64,000 bases of DNA from Pyrinomonadaceae bacterium. Its GTDB lineage: Bacteria > Acidobacteriota > Blastocatellia > Pyrinomonadales > Pyrinomonadaceae. The position numbers and the translations under genes are program-made. Below, one piece after another: positions 51,455 through 62,439 of the stretch; position 1 is the stretch's first letter; each line of letters starts with the position of its first letter. The stretch is from contig JBKBYA010000006.1 of NCBI GenBank assembly GCA_046313635.1, positions 1-64,000 of the forward strand, given 5' to 3'. Below the pieces are notes generated by a model. It was not told the DNA's origin. It worked only from the letters and a program-made list of their open reading frames with translations, and searched no databases.

Positions 51455-51781
51455 CTATATGTATTTCTCGACGACCTTTGCGATCGCTTCTCGCGAGACG
51501 GCGCCGACGATCCGCTCCTGCTCCTGGCCGCCCTTGAAGACGATCAGCGTCGGGATGCCTCGGATGCCGTACTGCTGCGGCACGTTCATATTCTCGTCGA
51601 CATTCATCTTATAAACGCCGGCCTTGCCCTCAAACTGTTCGGCGACAGCCTCGACCGAAGGGGCGATCATACGGCACGGCCCGCACCATTCGGCCCAAAA
51701 ATCAACGAGAACCGGCTTGTCTGAACTCAAGACGTTCGCTTCAAAATCCGAATCGGTAACCGACTTTGCAAAATTTCCCAT
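51455..51781 (-). CDS. trxA: Thioredoxin
   Basis: VLVDFWAEWCGPC, IRGIPTL; AGGAG RBS before MGNFAK. Confidence 0.96.
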   Translation of the reverse strand: MGNFAKSVTDSDFEANVLSSDKPVLVDFWAEWCGPCRMIAPSVEAVAEQFEGKAGVYKMNVDENMNVPQQYGIRGIPTLIVFKGGQEQERIVGAVSREAIAKVVEKYI

Positions 51782-51942
51782 TTTCAATGCTCCTGATCGA
51801 TATCTTTTATAACGGGCATCCGCTTGTCGACGGATGCCCTGAATAATGACTATATGGTAGCCCGCAGTTCCGGTATTGACAAAAACGGTCGCGGCCGCGG
51901 GCGTTCGTGAACTCTTCAGCTCGGCGGCTGCGCGATCGATCG

Positions 51943-52389
51943 TCAAGCGCCGGTCAACCCAGCGCCGCCGAACCGTGCGTCGAGCGTGATATCGGTTGCG
52001 GCGAGCGCCCGGCTGATCGGGCAAGACTTTTTCACGGTCTCTGCGACCTGCAAAAACTCGTCTTCGCTTACGCCGTCGACGCGAACCTGCACAGAGAGAT
52101 CGATCCGGTTTATCTTGAATCCCGCATCGTCCTTGCCAAGGAAAACCTTGGCCTCGGTCCTGACGTTTTCGGCCGGAGTGCCCCGTTTTTCGAGGCTCGC
52201 GTTGAGTGCCATCGAGTAGCAGCCGGCGAGGGCTGCGCCGATGAATTCCTCCGGGTTGCTACCTGGCTCATCGCCCATTCTCGTCGCGAATGAGAATCTG
52301 CCGTCATACGTACCGCTTCCGAGCACCATCCGGCCTTCGCCGTCGGTCAGCGTTCCCGTCCATTCCGCAATTGCCTTTCTTTCCGCCAT
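51943..52389 (-). CDS. osmC: OsmC family peroxiredoxin
   Basis: AEWTG.L.DGEG, SFATR, SNPEEFIGAALAGCYSMAL, KKSCPISRAL. Confidence 0.92.
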   Translation of the reverse strand: MAERKAIAEWTGTLTDGEGRMVLGSGTYDGRFSFATRMGDEPGSNPEEFIGAALAGCYSMALNASLEKRGTPAENVRTEAKVFLGKDDAGFKINRIDLSVQVRVDGVSEDEFLQVAETVKKSCPISRALAATDITLDARFGGAGLTGA

Positions 52390-52412
52390 TTTGCTCTTCT
52401 CCCCTTGGTAAA

Positions 52413-52905
52413 TTGAATGCGTCTTCGACCTCGGCCCTGCCCGCCGATGATCAAATGTTCTGCCGTGAAATATCGATTGTGGCCCGGCTGCCGCGCACAA
52501 TCGCCATTCTCCTGATCGGTCCCGCGACGACCTCCGCCGCCTCCTCAGCAATGCCCGCAAGCCAGATCGCCAGTGGCCGCGCGGCCTCGAGGTCATTAAT
52601 TCCCTGGCGAGGGAGATCTTCGGACCAGATCGTATTGAATGCCTTCACGACGCGAGCCCCCTTGCAAATGCGCCGCCAGCACCTCGGCCGACATCGTTTC
52701 GTCGACGTCAAACCTGCAAGGTCCTGCCCCTCAACGCGTCGGCCGGCAGCCCTTTGTATCGGCACAGGCCGATCACGACAATTCGAACGACTCCGAATGC
52801 GCAGATCCGACGGCCGGCGAGCATTCGCCGGGATCGGCCGCGATCACAGAGTCGCCGATAGCGATCTCCGCGGCGTCGCGGGTCTGCGATACCTGTCTGC
52901 TCCAT
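52413..52905 (-). pseudogene. Decayed NADP oxidoreductase (F420-dependent/dinucleotide-binding family) remnant
   Basis: Fragments in different frames: AFG...YKGLPADALRG, AEVLAAHLQG, GARVVKAFNTIW...AIWLAG...AAEVVA; Rossmann GxGxxG start missing. Confidence 0.65.
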
Positions 52906-53916
52906 TCAAATTCGAACGACGATCTTGCCAAAATGGGCCCCCGACTCCATATACCTTAGAGCTTGGCGCACTTCGTCAAATTCGAATGTACGGTCGATCA
53001 CAGGCCTCAGCCCCGACTGCGCTGCCGCGCGGGTAAAATTCTCAAACATCGCTCGCGACCCGACAAAAATGCCCTGCATCCGGATCAGCTTCATAAAGAT
53101 CGGCACGTAGCTGAAGTCGCCCTCGCGCTCGAGCGCTCCGATCAGCGCGATGTGGCCGCCGACGCGGACCGCGTTTATCGAACGAGCGAGCGTTCCTCCG
53201 CCGCCGACCTCGACGACGTGATCGACGCCCGTCTTGCCGGTCGCTTCGAGCACCGCCGCGTCCCAATCCTCGCGTTCGCGATAGTTGATCACTACGTCGG
53301 CGCCGAGATCGCTCAGCCTCGCTTCTTTGGCCTTGTCGCCGGTCGTCGCGATCACACGCGCTCCGGCGAGCTTCGCGATCTGGAGTGCAAAGATCGAAAC
53401 GCCGCCCGAGCCGAGCGTAAGAACTGTTTCGCCGGCCTTGAGGCCGCCGGATTCAACGAGAGCGTGCCATGCTGTCACGGCCGCACACGGCAGCGTTGCG
53501 GCCTCGTCGTAAGACAGATGGTCTGGGACCCTTACCAACGACCTCTCGTCAAAGACCGCGTATTCGCGCAGTACCCCGTCCCATTGCGCTCCTGCACCGA
53601 GGGCCGTACGCGATCGCTGAACGTCGATCGCCCCCTCGTACCATTGCTGAACGAATATCGGCATCACGCGGTCGCCGGCAGCCCACCGACCAACGTCTTC
53701 GCCGACGGCGACCACCTCGCCTGCTCCGTCCGAGAAGGGCACCGCCGGGAGCTTCATTCTCGGGTTGTACTGGCCCTTGACCACCATCAGGTCGCGATAA
53801 TTCAAAGACGCGGCATGCAGTCTGACCAGCACCTCGCCCTTGCCCGGTTGCGGTACGTCGCGCTCGACCAACGCTAATTCGTCGATACCGAATCGTTGTA
53901 TCTCGTAGGCTTTCAT
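52906..53916 (-). CDS. NAD(P)-dependent MDR oxidoreductase (zinc-type ADH-like, Zn-free subtype)
   Basis: ASLNYRD, SDGAGEV, ATLPCAAVTAWHAL, GSGGVS, HFGKIVV. Confidence 0.92.
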   Translation of the reverse strand: MKAYEIQRFGIDELALVERDVPQPGKGEVLVRLHAASLNYRDLMVVKGQYNPRMKLPAVPFSDGAGEVVAVGEDVGRWAAGDRVMPIFVQQWYEGAIDVQRSRTALGAGAQWDGVLREYAVFDERSLVRVPDHLSYDEAATLPCAAVTAWHALVESGGLKAGETVLTLGSGGVSIFALQIAKLAGARVIATTGDKAKEARLSDLGADVVINYREREDWDAAVLEATGKTGVDHVVEVGGGGTLARSINAVRVGGHIALIGALEREGDFSYVPIFMKLIRMQGIFVGSRAMFENFTRAAAQSGLRPVIDRTFEFDEVRQALRYMESGAHFGKIVVRI

Positions 53917-53986
53917 ATTCAACCAAAACGCTCCTGACGCGATCGGACGATATCAAGATCCGATGCCTTCGGCCGGCCGTCGCTGA

Positions 53987-54604
53987 TCATCTCGCGCCGG
54001 CGACGCTGGCGGCGGCACTTTGCCATTCCGCGATCAGATCGACAAATTCATTCTGCAGCGAGACGGTCCGGTCGGCGTTGTACCATCGCTGGATCTGTTC
54101 GAGTATAACCGGCTTATCGACGCCCTGAGCCTTCAGCTCCTCAAACAACCGCTGCGCGGCCGACGGCCGCGCGCCCCATGTGCCGAGCACCGCAAAGGCA
54201 GCCGCGTCGAGCGCGATCAATTTAGGGATCGACCTCGCACCGTTGGTCAGAAAGCGGTCGATCAATTCGGGATGCTCGTCGCGGAGGATGTAGCGGGTCT
54301 CGATCTTGTCGCCGGACGCCGCGATCTTCTCGATCGGCGGGATGTTCTGCGCGGCGTCGCCGCACCAAGCCTCGGTAATGATCAGCCAGATCATGGGACG
54401 CTGCACACCGCGGGCGGCCGCGATGGCGCGTTCGGTCAGCTCGATCGTGCGGTCGAGCCGCTGCATCCGCTGGCGATTCAGTTTTGTGAATTGGACCAAT
54501 GCTTCTGATTGGTTCGGGCCGGTGGTCCTGCCTTCGACCACCAGGCGGTCCATAAGTTCTAGATAGGTCGCGTAAGACATCGCGCGTTCGACATAATTTT
54601 TCAT
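53987..54604 (-). CDS. Thioredoxin-family protein (WCGD type)
   Basis: LNRQRMQRL, ITEAWCGDAAQ, FLTNGARSIPKL, WGARP. Confidence 0.9.
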   Translation of the reverse strand: MKNYVERAMSYATYLELMDRLVVEGRTTGPNQSEALVQFTKLNRQRMQRLDRTIELTERAIAAARGVQRPMIWLIITEAWCGDAAQNIPPIEKIAASGDKIETRYILRDEHPELIDRFLTNGARSIPKLIALDAAAFAVLGTWGARPSAAQRLFEELKAQGVDKPVILEQIQRWYNADRTVSLQNEFVDLIAEWQSAAASVAGAR

Positions 54605-54718
54605 TGCGTTATCTCTCCCGTTTTATAGTCCGAGCACCTGCGCCGCCGCACGGAAGCCAGCCAGAAAGCGCGGCGCCCAGATCGCAAAGATGGTTGGTAT
54701 AAGTCCTCTCACCACGTT

Positions 54719-54737
54719 TGTAACTACTCCTGCTACA
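54719..54737. promoter_or_regulatory. Putative Rrf2 operator 2
   Basis: TGTAAC-N7-GCTACA, just downstream of a minus-strand TTGACC (54748-54743). Confidence 0.65.
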
Positions 54738-54754
54738 GATATGGTCAAAAAAAA

Positions 54755-55198
54755 TCAGCGGTGCTCCGGTTCGCCGGCCTCGCCGCTCTCGACCATGTCG
54801 ATCACGCTCTGAAGCGTGTACTTTGACAGCGTCTTGCAGATGCTCGCGTCGATCGCCTTCTGCATGCAGCAGAGGACGGCCTCGATATTCCGCCCGACGG
54901 GGCAGTCGCGATTGGGCCCTCGCTGGTGCAGCGCAAAGACCTCGCCTCGCGAGACCGCTTTGAAGACCTCGGTGAGACTGATCTTGTCGGCCGGACGTGC
55001 AAGTCTGGTCCCGCCCGCTGCGCCGGTCTGCGAAACGACGAGATCCGCCTGCCCGAGCTCGACCAGCAGGCGCCGGATCACTACCGGATTTGTGTTAACA
55101 CTCGCTGCGATAAGGTCAGACTTGACGTATTGCTCCGGATCTTTGGCGAGCATCGTCAGGATATGTACCGCAACCGCGAATTGGCTGTTTGCCGCCAT
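54755..55198 (-). CDS. Rrf2 family transcriptional regulator
   Basis: NSQFAVAVHIL, IAASVNTNPVVIRRL, GAAGG, CPVGRNI. Confidence 0.93.
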   Translation of the reverse strand: MAANSQFAVAVHILTMLAKDPEQYVKSDLIAASVNTNPVVIRRLLVELGQADLVVSQTGAAGGTRLARPADKISLTEVFKAVSRGEVFALHQRGPNRDCPVGRNIEAVLCCMQKAIDASICKTLSKYTLQSVIDMVESGEAGEPEHR

Positions 55199-55200
55199 AA

Positions 55201-55238
55201 CTGTAACGAGTATAGTTACAGATAACGCCGATTGTCAA
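55201..55238 (-). promoter_or_regulatory. Rrf2 promoter with overlapping palindromic operator
   Basis: TTGACA (55238-55233), 18 nt, TATACT (55214-55209); CTGTAAC-N7-GTTACAG at 55201-55221. Confidence 0.75.
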
Positions 55239-55308
55239 CGCCCCGACCTAACGGCCCCGCGACCTCGGAACTCTCGCTGATCCAAAACCTCATACCGCCG
55301 CAAAAACC

Positions 55309-55337
55309 AAAAGCCGGGCCAATAACCAGGCCCGGCT
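55309..55337 (-). terminator. Intrinsic terminator
   Basis: Minus strand AGCCGGGCC-loop-GGCCCGGCT-TTT. Confidence 0.6.
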
Positions 55338-55359
55338 CGAGAGTCTGAATAACTGCGGC

Positions 55360-57150
55360 TTATTTGGAAGGGATCTTGATCTCCCGTCCGGCACCGAGCA
55401 CCGAGTTCGGAAGCAGCCCGTTAAATTTCGCGACCTCGACCGGATCGACGCCGTTGCGTTGAGCGAGCTTTGCGATGGTGTCGCCGGCCTGGGCCTTGAC
55501 GACCTTGACGTTATTTACCGGCGCAGCCGAAACCGGCGTTGACGGTCGGACATACGAGATCGAATTGACCCTGCCGCTAACCGGAACAAAGACCTTGCCC
55601 TTCGGCACGGCCATTCCCGGATTAGCCGCGCGGAGATCCGCGACGCTGACTCCCGTGCGGTTCGAGATCGACTCCCACGTCTCGCCGGTGCTCGACGACG
55701 CGAGTGCGGTGTTGTTCAGCTTGGTCGCCGGGATACGCTTAAAGATGGCCACGACCTCGTTGGCCTTCCCGGCCGGGACGTTGACTACGTACGGCTCGGG
55801 CGGCGTGACATTGCTGCGAAGCTGCGGGTTGAGATACCGGAGGTACTGCACGCTCGTATCCGAAGCCTGTGCGATAAGGGTCAAATTGGTCGAGCCGGGC
55901 ACGCGAACGCGATCGTATCGCAGCGGAGCGGCCGGCCTGATGTGGCCAAACCCGTAGGCGTGCGGGTTATTTGCGATCAGGATCGTCGCAAGGATGTTGG
56001 GAACATAATTGCGCGTCTCCTGCGGCAGATACGGATACGCGACCCAGAAATTGGCGACGCCCGCTCGGCGGATCGCACGGTCGACGTTGCCCTCGCCCGA
56101 GTTATATGCCGCGAGAGCAAGCTCCCAGTTGTTGTAGCGGTTGTAGAGGAACTTCAAGTACCGGGCCGAAGCGCGGGTCGCCTCGTCAAAGCTGTTTCGC
56201 TCGTCGACGTGTGCCGTGCGACGCAGACCGAAACGCGATCCCGTTCCCGGAATGAACTGCCAAAGCCCCGATGCCGCGGCCCACGACAGTGCCGTCGGCT
56301 TCCAGGCGCTCTCGACCTGGCCCAGCCAGGCTACGTTCTCCGGAATTCCCTCTTCGCGAAAGATCCGCCGGGCCATCGACATGAACATCCCTGAACGATA
56401 GAGCCCGACCTCCATCGTCGAACGCCCTCGGCCGCGGTAGTAGTTGATGAACTGCTGGATCATCGGGTGCACCTGGAACGAGAATCCAAGCGACCGGTTG
56501 GCGACAGCGTATTGAATGTACTGGTACTGCTGCTGAGCGACGGGATTGTTGTCGATCTGCTGCTCTTCCGGCGTGAGCTCGAGCTTTGCGAGATCGTCGA
56601 GCGGCGAAGGCTCGAACTGCTGCTCGTTGAAACCCATCGGAGCCGCCTGCAGCGGAGACGAGCCGGCGATGGCATTTGCCGCCGCCTGGTCGATACCAGC
56701 CTTGGCCGGCGAGGCCGACGACCCGGACCTCGTGATCCCGACGACGTCGTCGGCGAGCTTAAAGTCGGCATCGGTCCAATTCCAACCGCAAGTACCGGAA
56801 AGCTCGCGTACACGAGCCGGCTGCGAGCTGTTTGGAAACTCGAGGCGATAGACCGTCTCGATCAGCTGGTTGTAGCAGTTGAGAAGCTTTTGATCTTTCT
56901 GGATGTTGAGCGTCGAGTAGAGAAAGACTTCGACGGCCCTGTCAAAACTCTGGCCTGCGTCCGAACGGCGATTTTCCTTAACCGCCGAGAGTCCTTCGCG
57001 AAAGTTCTTGCCCGTTTCGGCGAGCACGACCGCGACGGCCTCGCGGGCCCGCTTGACCTCTGGCGTTTCGGTCTGCCCAAACGCGACCAGACTCCAAACA
57101 AGTATCGAACACGCGGCGAACGCAATTTTCCTAACGGAGGTAACTCTCAT
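55360..57150 (-). CDS. Lytic transglycosylase (MltD-like SLT + LysM)
   Basis: QVESAW, GLWQFIPGTG, ALAAYNSGEG, ETRNYVP, C-terminal LysM repeats. Confidence 0.93.
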   Translation of the reverse strand: MRVTSVRKIAFAACSILVWSLVAFGQTETPEVKRAREAVAVVLAETGKNFREGLSAVKENRRSDAGQSFDRAVEVFLYSTLNIQKDQKLLNCYNQLIETVYRLEFPNSSQPARVRELSGTCGWNWTDADFKLADDVVGITRSGSSASPAKAGIDQAAANAIAGSSPLQAAPMGFNEQQFEPSPLDDLAKLELTPEEQQIDNNPVAQQQYQYIQYAVANRSLGFSFQVHPMIQQFINYYRGRGRSTMEVGLYRSGMFMSMARRIFREEGIPENVAWLGQVESAWKPTALSWAAASGLWQFIPGTGSRFGLRRTAHVDERNSFDEATRASARYLKFLYNRYNNWELALAAYNSGEGNVDRAIRRAGVANFWVAYPYLPQETRNYVPNILATILIANNPHAYGFGHIRPAAPLRYDRVRVPGSTNLTLIAQASDTSVQYLRYLNPQLRSNVTPPEPYVVNVPAGKANEVVAIFKRIPATKLNNTALASSSTGETWESISNRTGVSVADLRAANPGMAVPKGKVFVPVSGRVNSISYVRPSTPVSAAPVNNVKVVKAQAGDTIAKLAQRNGVDPVEVAKFNGLLPNSVLGAGREIKIPSK

Positions 57151-57347
57151 CAAATTCGATTTTCTGTCGGCACGATCGTATCGATCGAGGGAGTGCGGTC
57201 CGGCAAACAATTACAGTAAACGCGTGCGGACCGGGTTTGTTCCGAACTGATCGTCAACTATCGCGAGACGGCCCGATGGCGCACTCGCGGGACGACAGAT
57301 TATACCATCCGGCTGCGAAGCCGGTCAAAACTTTGATTCGGCGATAC

Positions 57348-59765
57348 TTATCGCAAACTCTTGGCCGCCCGGGAGCGATCCTTGGGCTGCATCAACGCCT
57401 CGTCAAAGACTTCTCGCACGTGATCGACAAAAACGAATCTCAGATCGTCGAGCACTTCCTGCGGGACGTCGTCGAGATCGCGACGATTCCGTTCGGGCAG
57501 GATCACTGTCTTGATCTTTGCTCTCCGGGCCGCCAGAAGTTTTTCTTTGACTCCCCCGATCGGGAGCACGTTGCCCCTCAAAGTGATCTCGCCGGTCATC
57601 GCGACGTCCTTACGCACGGGCCGCCGAGCGAGCACCGAGACGATCGCCGTCGCCATCGTGATGCCTGCCGAAGGGCCGTCCTTCGGGATCGCTCCCTCGG
57701 GCAGGTGGACGTGCAGGTCGTAGATATCGAAGTCGTCCTCATTGATGCCGAGCTCGCCTGCTCGTGCTTTGGCGTACGAGTACGCCGCCTGAGCAGACTC
57801 CTGCATGACCTCGCCGAGTTGACCCGTCAGGACGAGTTTTCCCTTGCCCTTGGTCTTGATCGCCTCGATGAACAAGATGTCGCCGCCGACCGCCGTCCAG
57901 GCCAAGCCGGTGACGATGCCGATCTGCGGCTTTTTGAGCGCGCCTTCGAAATGTATCCGCGGCACGCGCAGAAACTCCTGCAGATTGTCGGCCGTCACGC
58001 GGACCGGCGCGAACGCGTCCTCGAGCTCGGCCTTTCGCCGCGCGACCTTGCGGCAGACCTTGCCGATCTCTCGCTCGAGCTGGCGCAGGCCGGCCTCGAG
58101 GGTGTATTCGCCGATGATGCGCGCGAGAGCGCGGCGGTCAAACTTGATATCTCCCTTCTCAAGGCCGTTCTCCTCGACCTGCTTCGGGACGAGGTGCCGG
58201 CGTGCTATCTCGATCTTCTCTTCTTCGGTATAGCCGGCGAGCGAGATGACCTCCATCCGGTCGCGGAGCGCCGGCTGGATCGTGTCGAGCACGTTGGCCG
58301 TCGTCATGAACATCACGTTCGAGAGATCAAAGGTCACGCCCAGATAATTATCTCGGAACGTCGCGTTCTGCTCGGGATCGAGCACCTCGAGCAGTGCCGA
58401 GCTCGGGTCGCCGCGAAAGTCCGCTCCGACCTTGTCGATCTCGTCCAGCACGAGCAGCGGATTATTGGTCCCGGCCTGCTGTATCGCCTGAATGATGCGG
58501 CCCGGCATCGCTCCAACATAAGTTCGGCGATGACCGCGGATCTCCGCTTCGTCGTGAACGCCGCCGAGGCTGAGACGGACGAATTTGCGATTCAGCGCTT
58601 TCGCGACCGAGCGGCCGAGTGACGTCTTGCCGACTCCCGGCGGGCCGACGAGGCAGAGTATCGAACCTTTCGGCTTCTCGCGGAGCTTGCGAACCGCTAG
58701 GGCCTCGATCATCCGCTCTTTGACGCGTTCGAGACCGTAATGGTCCTCGTCGAGGATTCGCTCGGCTTTTTTGAGATTCAGATTGTCTTTGGACCTCGTC
58801 GACCACGGCAGCTCAACCATTATGTCGAGCCAGTTTCGCAGTGTCGCGGTCTCGGCGGCGTCCGGGTGCATCCGCTCGAGTTTCTTGAGCTGGCGAAGCG
58901 ATTCTTCTTCGGCGGCCTGCGGCATTTTGGCCTTGAGGATCTTGTTTCGGTAATTCTCGATCTCCTCAAAAAGCTCGTTCCCCTCGCCCAGCTCCGCCTG
59001 GATCGCTTTCAATTGTTGCCGCAAGAAGTACTCGCGCTGCGAGCGGTCCATATCGGCCCGGGCCTGCGAGTTGATCTCCTGCTGCACGGTCAGCACGTCG
59101 ATCTCTTTGCTCAGAAGGTCGTTGACCCGCCGCAGCCGCGGCACCGGGTCAAAGATATCAAGTACGCTCTGCGCGTCCTCGACCTTGAGCTCGAGATTTG
59201 ATGCCGCAAGGTCGGCTAGCCGGCCCGCGTCGTCGAGGTTAGCGATGATCGCCAGCACCTCGGGAGAGATGTTCTTGCCAAGCGCCGCGGCCCGCTCCAT
59301 CAGCGAGCGAACGTTTCGAATGAGGGCCTCGACCTCGAGCGAATTCTCAGGTGCAAGCGGCTCCGAGACGGGCGTCAGCCCTGCTTTGATAAAGTCGCCG
59401 CGCGACAGTATCGAATCGACGCGGCAGCGCGAGAGTCCCTGTATGAGAATGCGGATCCGCCCGTCGGGCAGCTTCAGCATCCGCATGATGATCGCGGCCG
59501 TACCGACCGAGTAGAGGTCGTCCTGCAGCGGCTCTTCCTTGTTGACGTCCTTTTGCGACACGAGCAGGATCATCCGGTTCTCGCTGAGAGCTTTTTCGAC
59601 GGCGCGGATCGACCTGTCGCGCGAGACAAACAGCGGCACGATCATGAACGGGTAGATGACGATGTCCCGAAGTGGCAAGACCGGAAGCTCGGCCGGGATC
59701 TGCATCATCGGCTCGAGCACTTCCGATTCGCCCAGTGCGACCGGAAATTCTTCGACTTCGCTCAT
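57348..59765 (-). CDS. lon: Lon protease
   Basis: [45 protein letters not shown]. Confidence 0.98.
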   Translation of the reverse strand: MSEVEEFPVALGESEVLEPMMQIPAELPVLPLRDIVIYPFMIVPLFVSRDRSIRAVEKALSENRMILLVSQKDVNKEEPLQDDLYSVGTAAIIMRMLKLPDGRIRILIQGLSRCRVDSILSRGDFIKAGLTPVSEPLAPENSLEVEALIRNVRSLMERAAALGKNISPEVLAIIANLDDAGRLADLAASNLELKVEDAQSVLDIFDPVPRLRRVNDLLSKEIDVLTVQQEINSQARADMDRSQREYFLRQQLKAIQAELGEGNELFEEIENYRNKILKAKMPQAAEEESLRQLKKLERMHPDAAETATLRNWLDIMVELPWSTRSKDNLNLKKAERILDEDHYGLERVKERMIEALAVRKLREKPKGSILCLVGPPGVGKTSLGRSVAKALNRKFVRLSLGGVHDEAEIRGHRRTYVGAMPGRIIQAIQQAGTNNPLLVLDEIDKVGADFRGDPSSALLEVLDPEQNATFRDNYLGVTFDLSNVMFMTTANVLDTIQPALRDRMEVISLAGYTEEEKIEIARRHLVPKQVEENGLEKGDIKFDRRALARIIGEYTLEAGLRQLEREIGKVCRKVARRKAELEDAFAPVRVTADNLQEFLRVPRIHFEGALKKPQIGIVTGLAWTAVGGDILFIEAIKTKGKGKLVLTGQLGEVMQESAQAAYSYAKARAGELGINEDDFDIYDLHVHLPEGAIPKDGPSAGITMATAIVSVLARRPVRKDVAMTGEITLRGNVLPIGGVKEKLLAARRAKIKTVILPERNRRDLDDVPQEVLDDLRFVFVDHVREVFDEALMQPKDRSRAAKSLR

Positions 59766-59872
59766 TGGATTTTATGTTAGGAAAAAAGGCCGGAAAGGGC
59801 AAAATAAAGGCCTCGCGACGCGGGTTCGCGAGGCTCGAAGCAGTGCTCGATCGTCCGCCTTTATGCGTCGAT

Positions 59873-60370
59873 CTATGCCTTCTTTCGCTTCTTGCGAAGC
59901 GACGAGACGGTCGTATTGCGAGAGCTGACGAGCGCTTTGAGCTCGTTCATGAATTCAGAGACGTCCTCAAATTCGAGATAAACGGACGCAAATCTGACGT
60001 ACGCGACCTTATCCAGCGATTTGAGCCGCCGCATAATGATCTTGCCGATCTCGCTGGTCGAGAGCTCGCGGTCGGACGAGTCGTGAGCTGATTTCTCGAT
60101 CTGGTTGGCGATCGACTCGAGCTGGCTGACCGAGATCGGCCGCTTTTCGCAGGCCCGCAGCATACCGGCCATGATCTTGTTACGCTCAAACGGCTCGCGC
60201 CGGCCGTCCTTTTTGACGACCATGTACGGGATCTCGTCTATCCGCTCGTACGACGTGAACCGGCGGCCGCACTCGAGACATTCGCGACGCCGACGGATCG
60301 ACTCGCCGTCCTTCGCCTCGCGAGAGTCGACGACCTTGTCCTCTAAATATCCGCAATATGGGCATCTCAT
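59873..60370 (-). CDS. nrdR: Transcriptional repressor NrdR
   Basis: [31 protein letters not shown] cone, [10 protein letters not shown]. Confidence 0.98.
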   Translation of the reverse strand: MRCPYCGYLEDKVVDSREAKDGESIRRRRECLECGRRFTSYERIDEIPYMVVKKDGRREPFERNKIMAGMLRACEKRPISVSQLESIANQIEKSAHDSSDRELSTSEIGKIIMRRLKSLDKVAYVRFASVYLEFEDVSEFMNELKALVSSRNTTVSSLRKKRKKA

Positions 60371-60418
60371 AAATTCTTAAATCGTCGCTGCGAGAGGTTG
60401 GTTTAGGGCATACCGGCC

Positions 60419-61480
60419 TTAGCCGGCCTGATCGAAGTCGGGCGAGTCGGTCTCGATCTCCTCGACGGCGTGCTCGCTGGAGAGCAGGCTGCGAAACCGC
60501 TCGAGACTGATATCGCCGTGAATAAAATAATACAGGCCGAAGATAATTGCAGGCGCGAAATACACCAGATGCATGATGATCGAGACCGCCGCGGCGCTCT
60601 CTCGATCTACATTGAGCAGGATGAGGCTGCCCGCGGTCGCCGCGTGAAAGGCCCCGGCCGCCCCGCCCGGCGTCGGTATCAGCGAGCCGAGCGATGCGAC
60701 GCCCATGATAAAGATCGAGTCGACGAACGTGAGCGGCAGCCCGAAAGCGAGTATCACGAGCCAGGTCGGGACAGCTATGGCGAACCATAAACCGATCGTC
60801 CAGAACGTCGCCAGCACGATCTCACGCCCGCTCCGCAGGATGTCAAGCGAGGTCGCGAGCTGCCGCATAAGGCTGAGCAGTATCGAACGCAGCCGCGCCG
60901 GCATAAATCTCCGGTCGGTCGCCTTCGCAAGCCATTCGATCACCCGTGCCGAATAACGGTGATAGACGACGAGCATCGCGATCCCGACGACCGCAAGACC
61001 CAGCAAAACGTTGCCGACCAGCTTGATGTACGCGTATTCGGCCTCGTGGCCGGCCGGCGGCGTGAACCACATCAGGCTGAAGGAGAAAAAGCAGATCAAC
61101 GATGCGAGATCAAAGACGCGTTCGACGGCGATCGTGACCACCGCCGCGCTCGGCCGCACTCGCCGATCACGCATCGGCAGCCACATCGGCCGCACGATCT
61201 CGCCGGCCCGGCCGATCAAAAAGATCGCCGCAAAGCCGACGGTGGTCGTCGCAAAAAGCTCTCTCAGACTGCTCGGCGTTATCGGCTCGAGCAGCACTTT
61301 CCATCTGACGGCACGGAGCAAATAGCCGGCACAGATGATCGCCACGGCCATACCGAGATAAACAAAGTCGGCGTGCCGCAGGCTCCGCGACACCTCGGCC
61401 CAATCGAGATTGCGGCCGAAATACCACAGCAGCAGAACGGCGACCAGCAGCAGCAATGTGAATCGAATGTACTTACGCAA
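60419..61480 (-). CDS. Lysylphosphatidylglycerol synthase TM-domain (flippase-like) protein
   Basis: LRAVRWKVLL, GRAGEIVRP, VERVFD, PTPGGAAG. Confidence 0.88.
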   Translation of the reverse strand: MRKYIRFTLLLLVAVLLLWYFGRNLDWAEVSRSLRHADFVYLGMAVAIICAGYLLRAVRWKVLLEPITPSSLRELFATTTVGFAAIFLIGRAGEIVRPMWLPMRDRRVRPSAAVVTIAVERVFDLASLICFFSFSLMWFTPPAGHEAEYAYIKLVGNVLLGLAVVGIAMLVVYHRYSARVIEWLAKATDRRFMPARLRSILLSLMRQLATSLDILRSGREIVLATFWTIGLWFAIAVPTWLVILAFGLPLTFVDSIFIMGVASLGSLIPTPGGAAGAFHAATAGSLILLNVDRESAAAVSIIMHLVYFAPAIIFGLYYFIHGDISLERFRSLLSSEHAVEEIETDSPDFDQAG

Positions 61481-61575
61481 GAGGCAATGATCTGGCGGTC
61501 GTTAGTAAATTCAAGACGATACTGCATTTCAGGACAAAAGTTAAACTCGACGCCGCCGAGCGGTAAGGCGGCGGT

Positions 61576-62319
61576 ATGAGCGGTGAGGGATTTTTCTGTA
61601 AAGTATCGACGGTGTACGACATTCGAAATATCTTTTGGACGATCTCGGCCCGTGCGCGCCGTCGGCGGGCCGAGACGTTTCGCAGCATGTTCGAGATCAG
61701 AAGCGATACGCGCATTCTCGATCTCGGCTCGGAAGACGGCTCAAACATCAAAATGGTCCTCGACGGCACGCCCATCGACCCGGCCAACGTATGGATCGCC
61801 GACATCGATCCGCAGGCGGTAGATCATGGCCGTCGTGCCTACGGCTTTCGCGGGGTCGTCATCGACGAATCCGGCAAGCTGCCCTTCGACGATGGTTTTT
61901 TCGACATTGTCTACTGCTCGTCGGTCATCGAGCACGTGACGCTGCCGAAGAGCGAGGTCTGGTCGATCGCCTCTGGTGAGGAATTTCGGGCGAGGGCCAT
62001 TCAGGCCCAGACGAGATTTGCCCGCGAGATCGAACGCGTCGGCCGGCAGTACTTTGTCCAGACGCCAGCGAGCAGCTTTCCGATCGAGAGTCACACATGG
62101 CTGCCTTTGCTCGGCCACCTGCCGCGAAACGCAATGCTCCCGGTGATGCGCGTGACGAACAAATACTGGATCAAGGGCGCCGATCCGGACTTCAATCTAC
62201 TGTCGGCCGACGAGATGAAAAGTCTGTTTCCGCGGGCGACGATCATTCGCGAGCGCTTTCTCGGAATGACGAAGTCGATCATGGCCGTCCATTCGCACCG
62301 CGTCGGCGGCGGCCGATGA
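61576..62319 (+). CDS. Class I SAM-dependent methyltransferase
   Basis: ILDLGS, LPFDDGFFDIVYCSSVIEHV, VQTP...FPIESH. Confidence 0.85.
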   Translation: MSGEGFFCKVSTVYDIRNIFWTISARARRRRAETFRSMFEIRSDTRILDLGSEDGSNIKMVLDGTPIDPANVWIADIDPQAVDHGRRAYGFRGVVIDESGKLPFDDGFFDIVYCSSVIEHVTLPKSEVWSIASGEEFRARAIQAQTRFAREIERVGRQYFVQTPASSFPIESHTWLPLLGHLPRNAMLPVMRVTNKYWIKGADPDFNLLSADEMKSLFPRATIIRERFLGMTKSIMAVHSHRVGGGR

Positions 62320-62345
62320 GGAGTTGATGATAATATCCACGGTCA

Positions 62346-62371
62346 GGAACTTTTCGTTCCCGGGCCTCGTA
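62346..62371 (+). promoter_or_regulatory. Putative ECF-sigma promoter (autoregulatory)
   Basis: GGAAC, 17 nt, CGTA upstream of the sigma gene. Confidence 0.6.
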
Positions 62372-62439
62372 CCCAAAATGACGGAGTTGCCATTTACTTT
62401 GTCGGATCGGAACGAGGGGTCGATTGGAGAGAAACGACT

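Noticed and set aside
57237..58622. 461-aa ORF antisense to lon (also 47519..48838, 50152..51399, 38889..39803 and similar)
   Set aside because: Shadow ORFs opposite well-supported genes, expected in high-GC DNA; no recognisable motifs.
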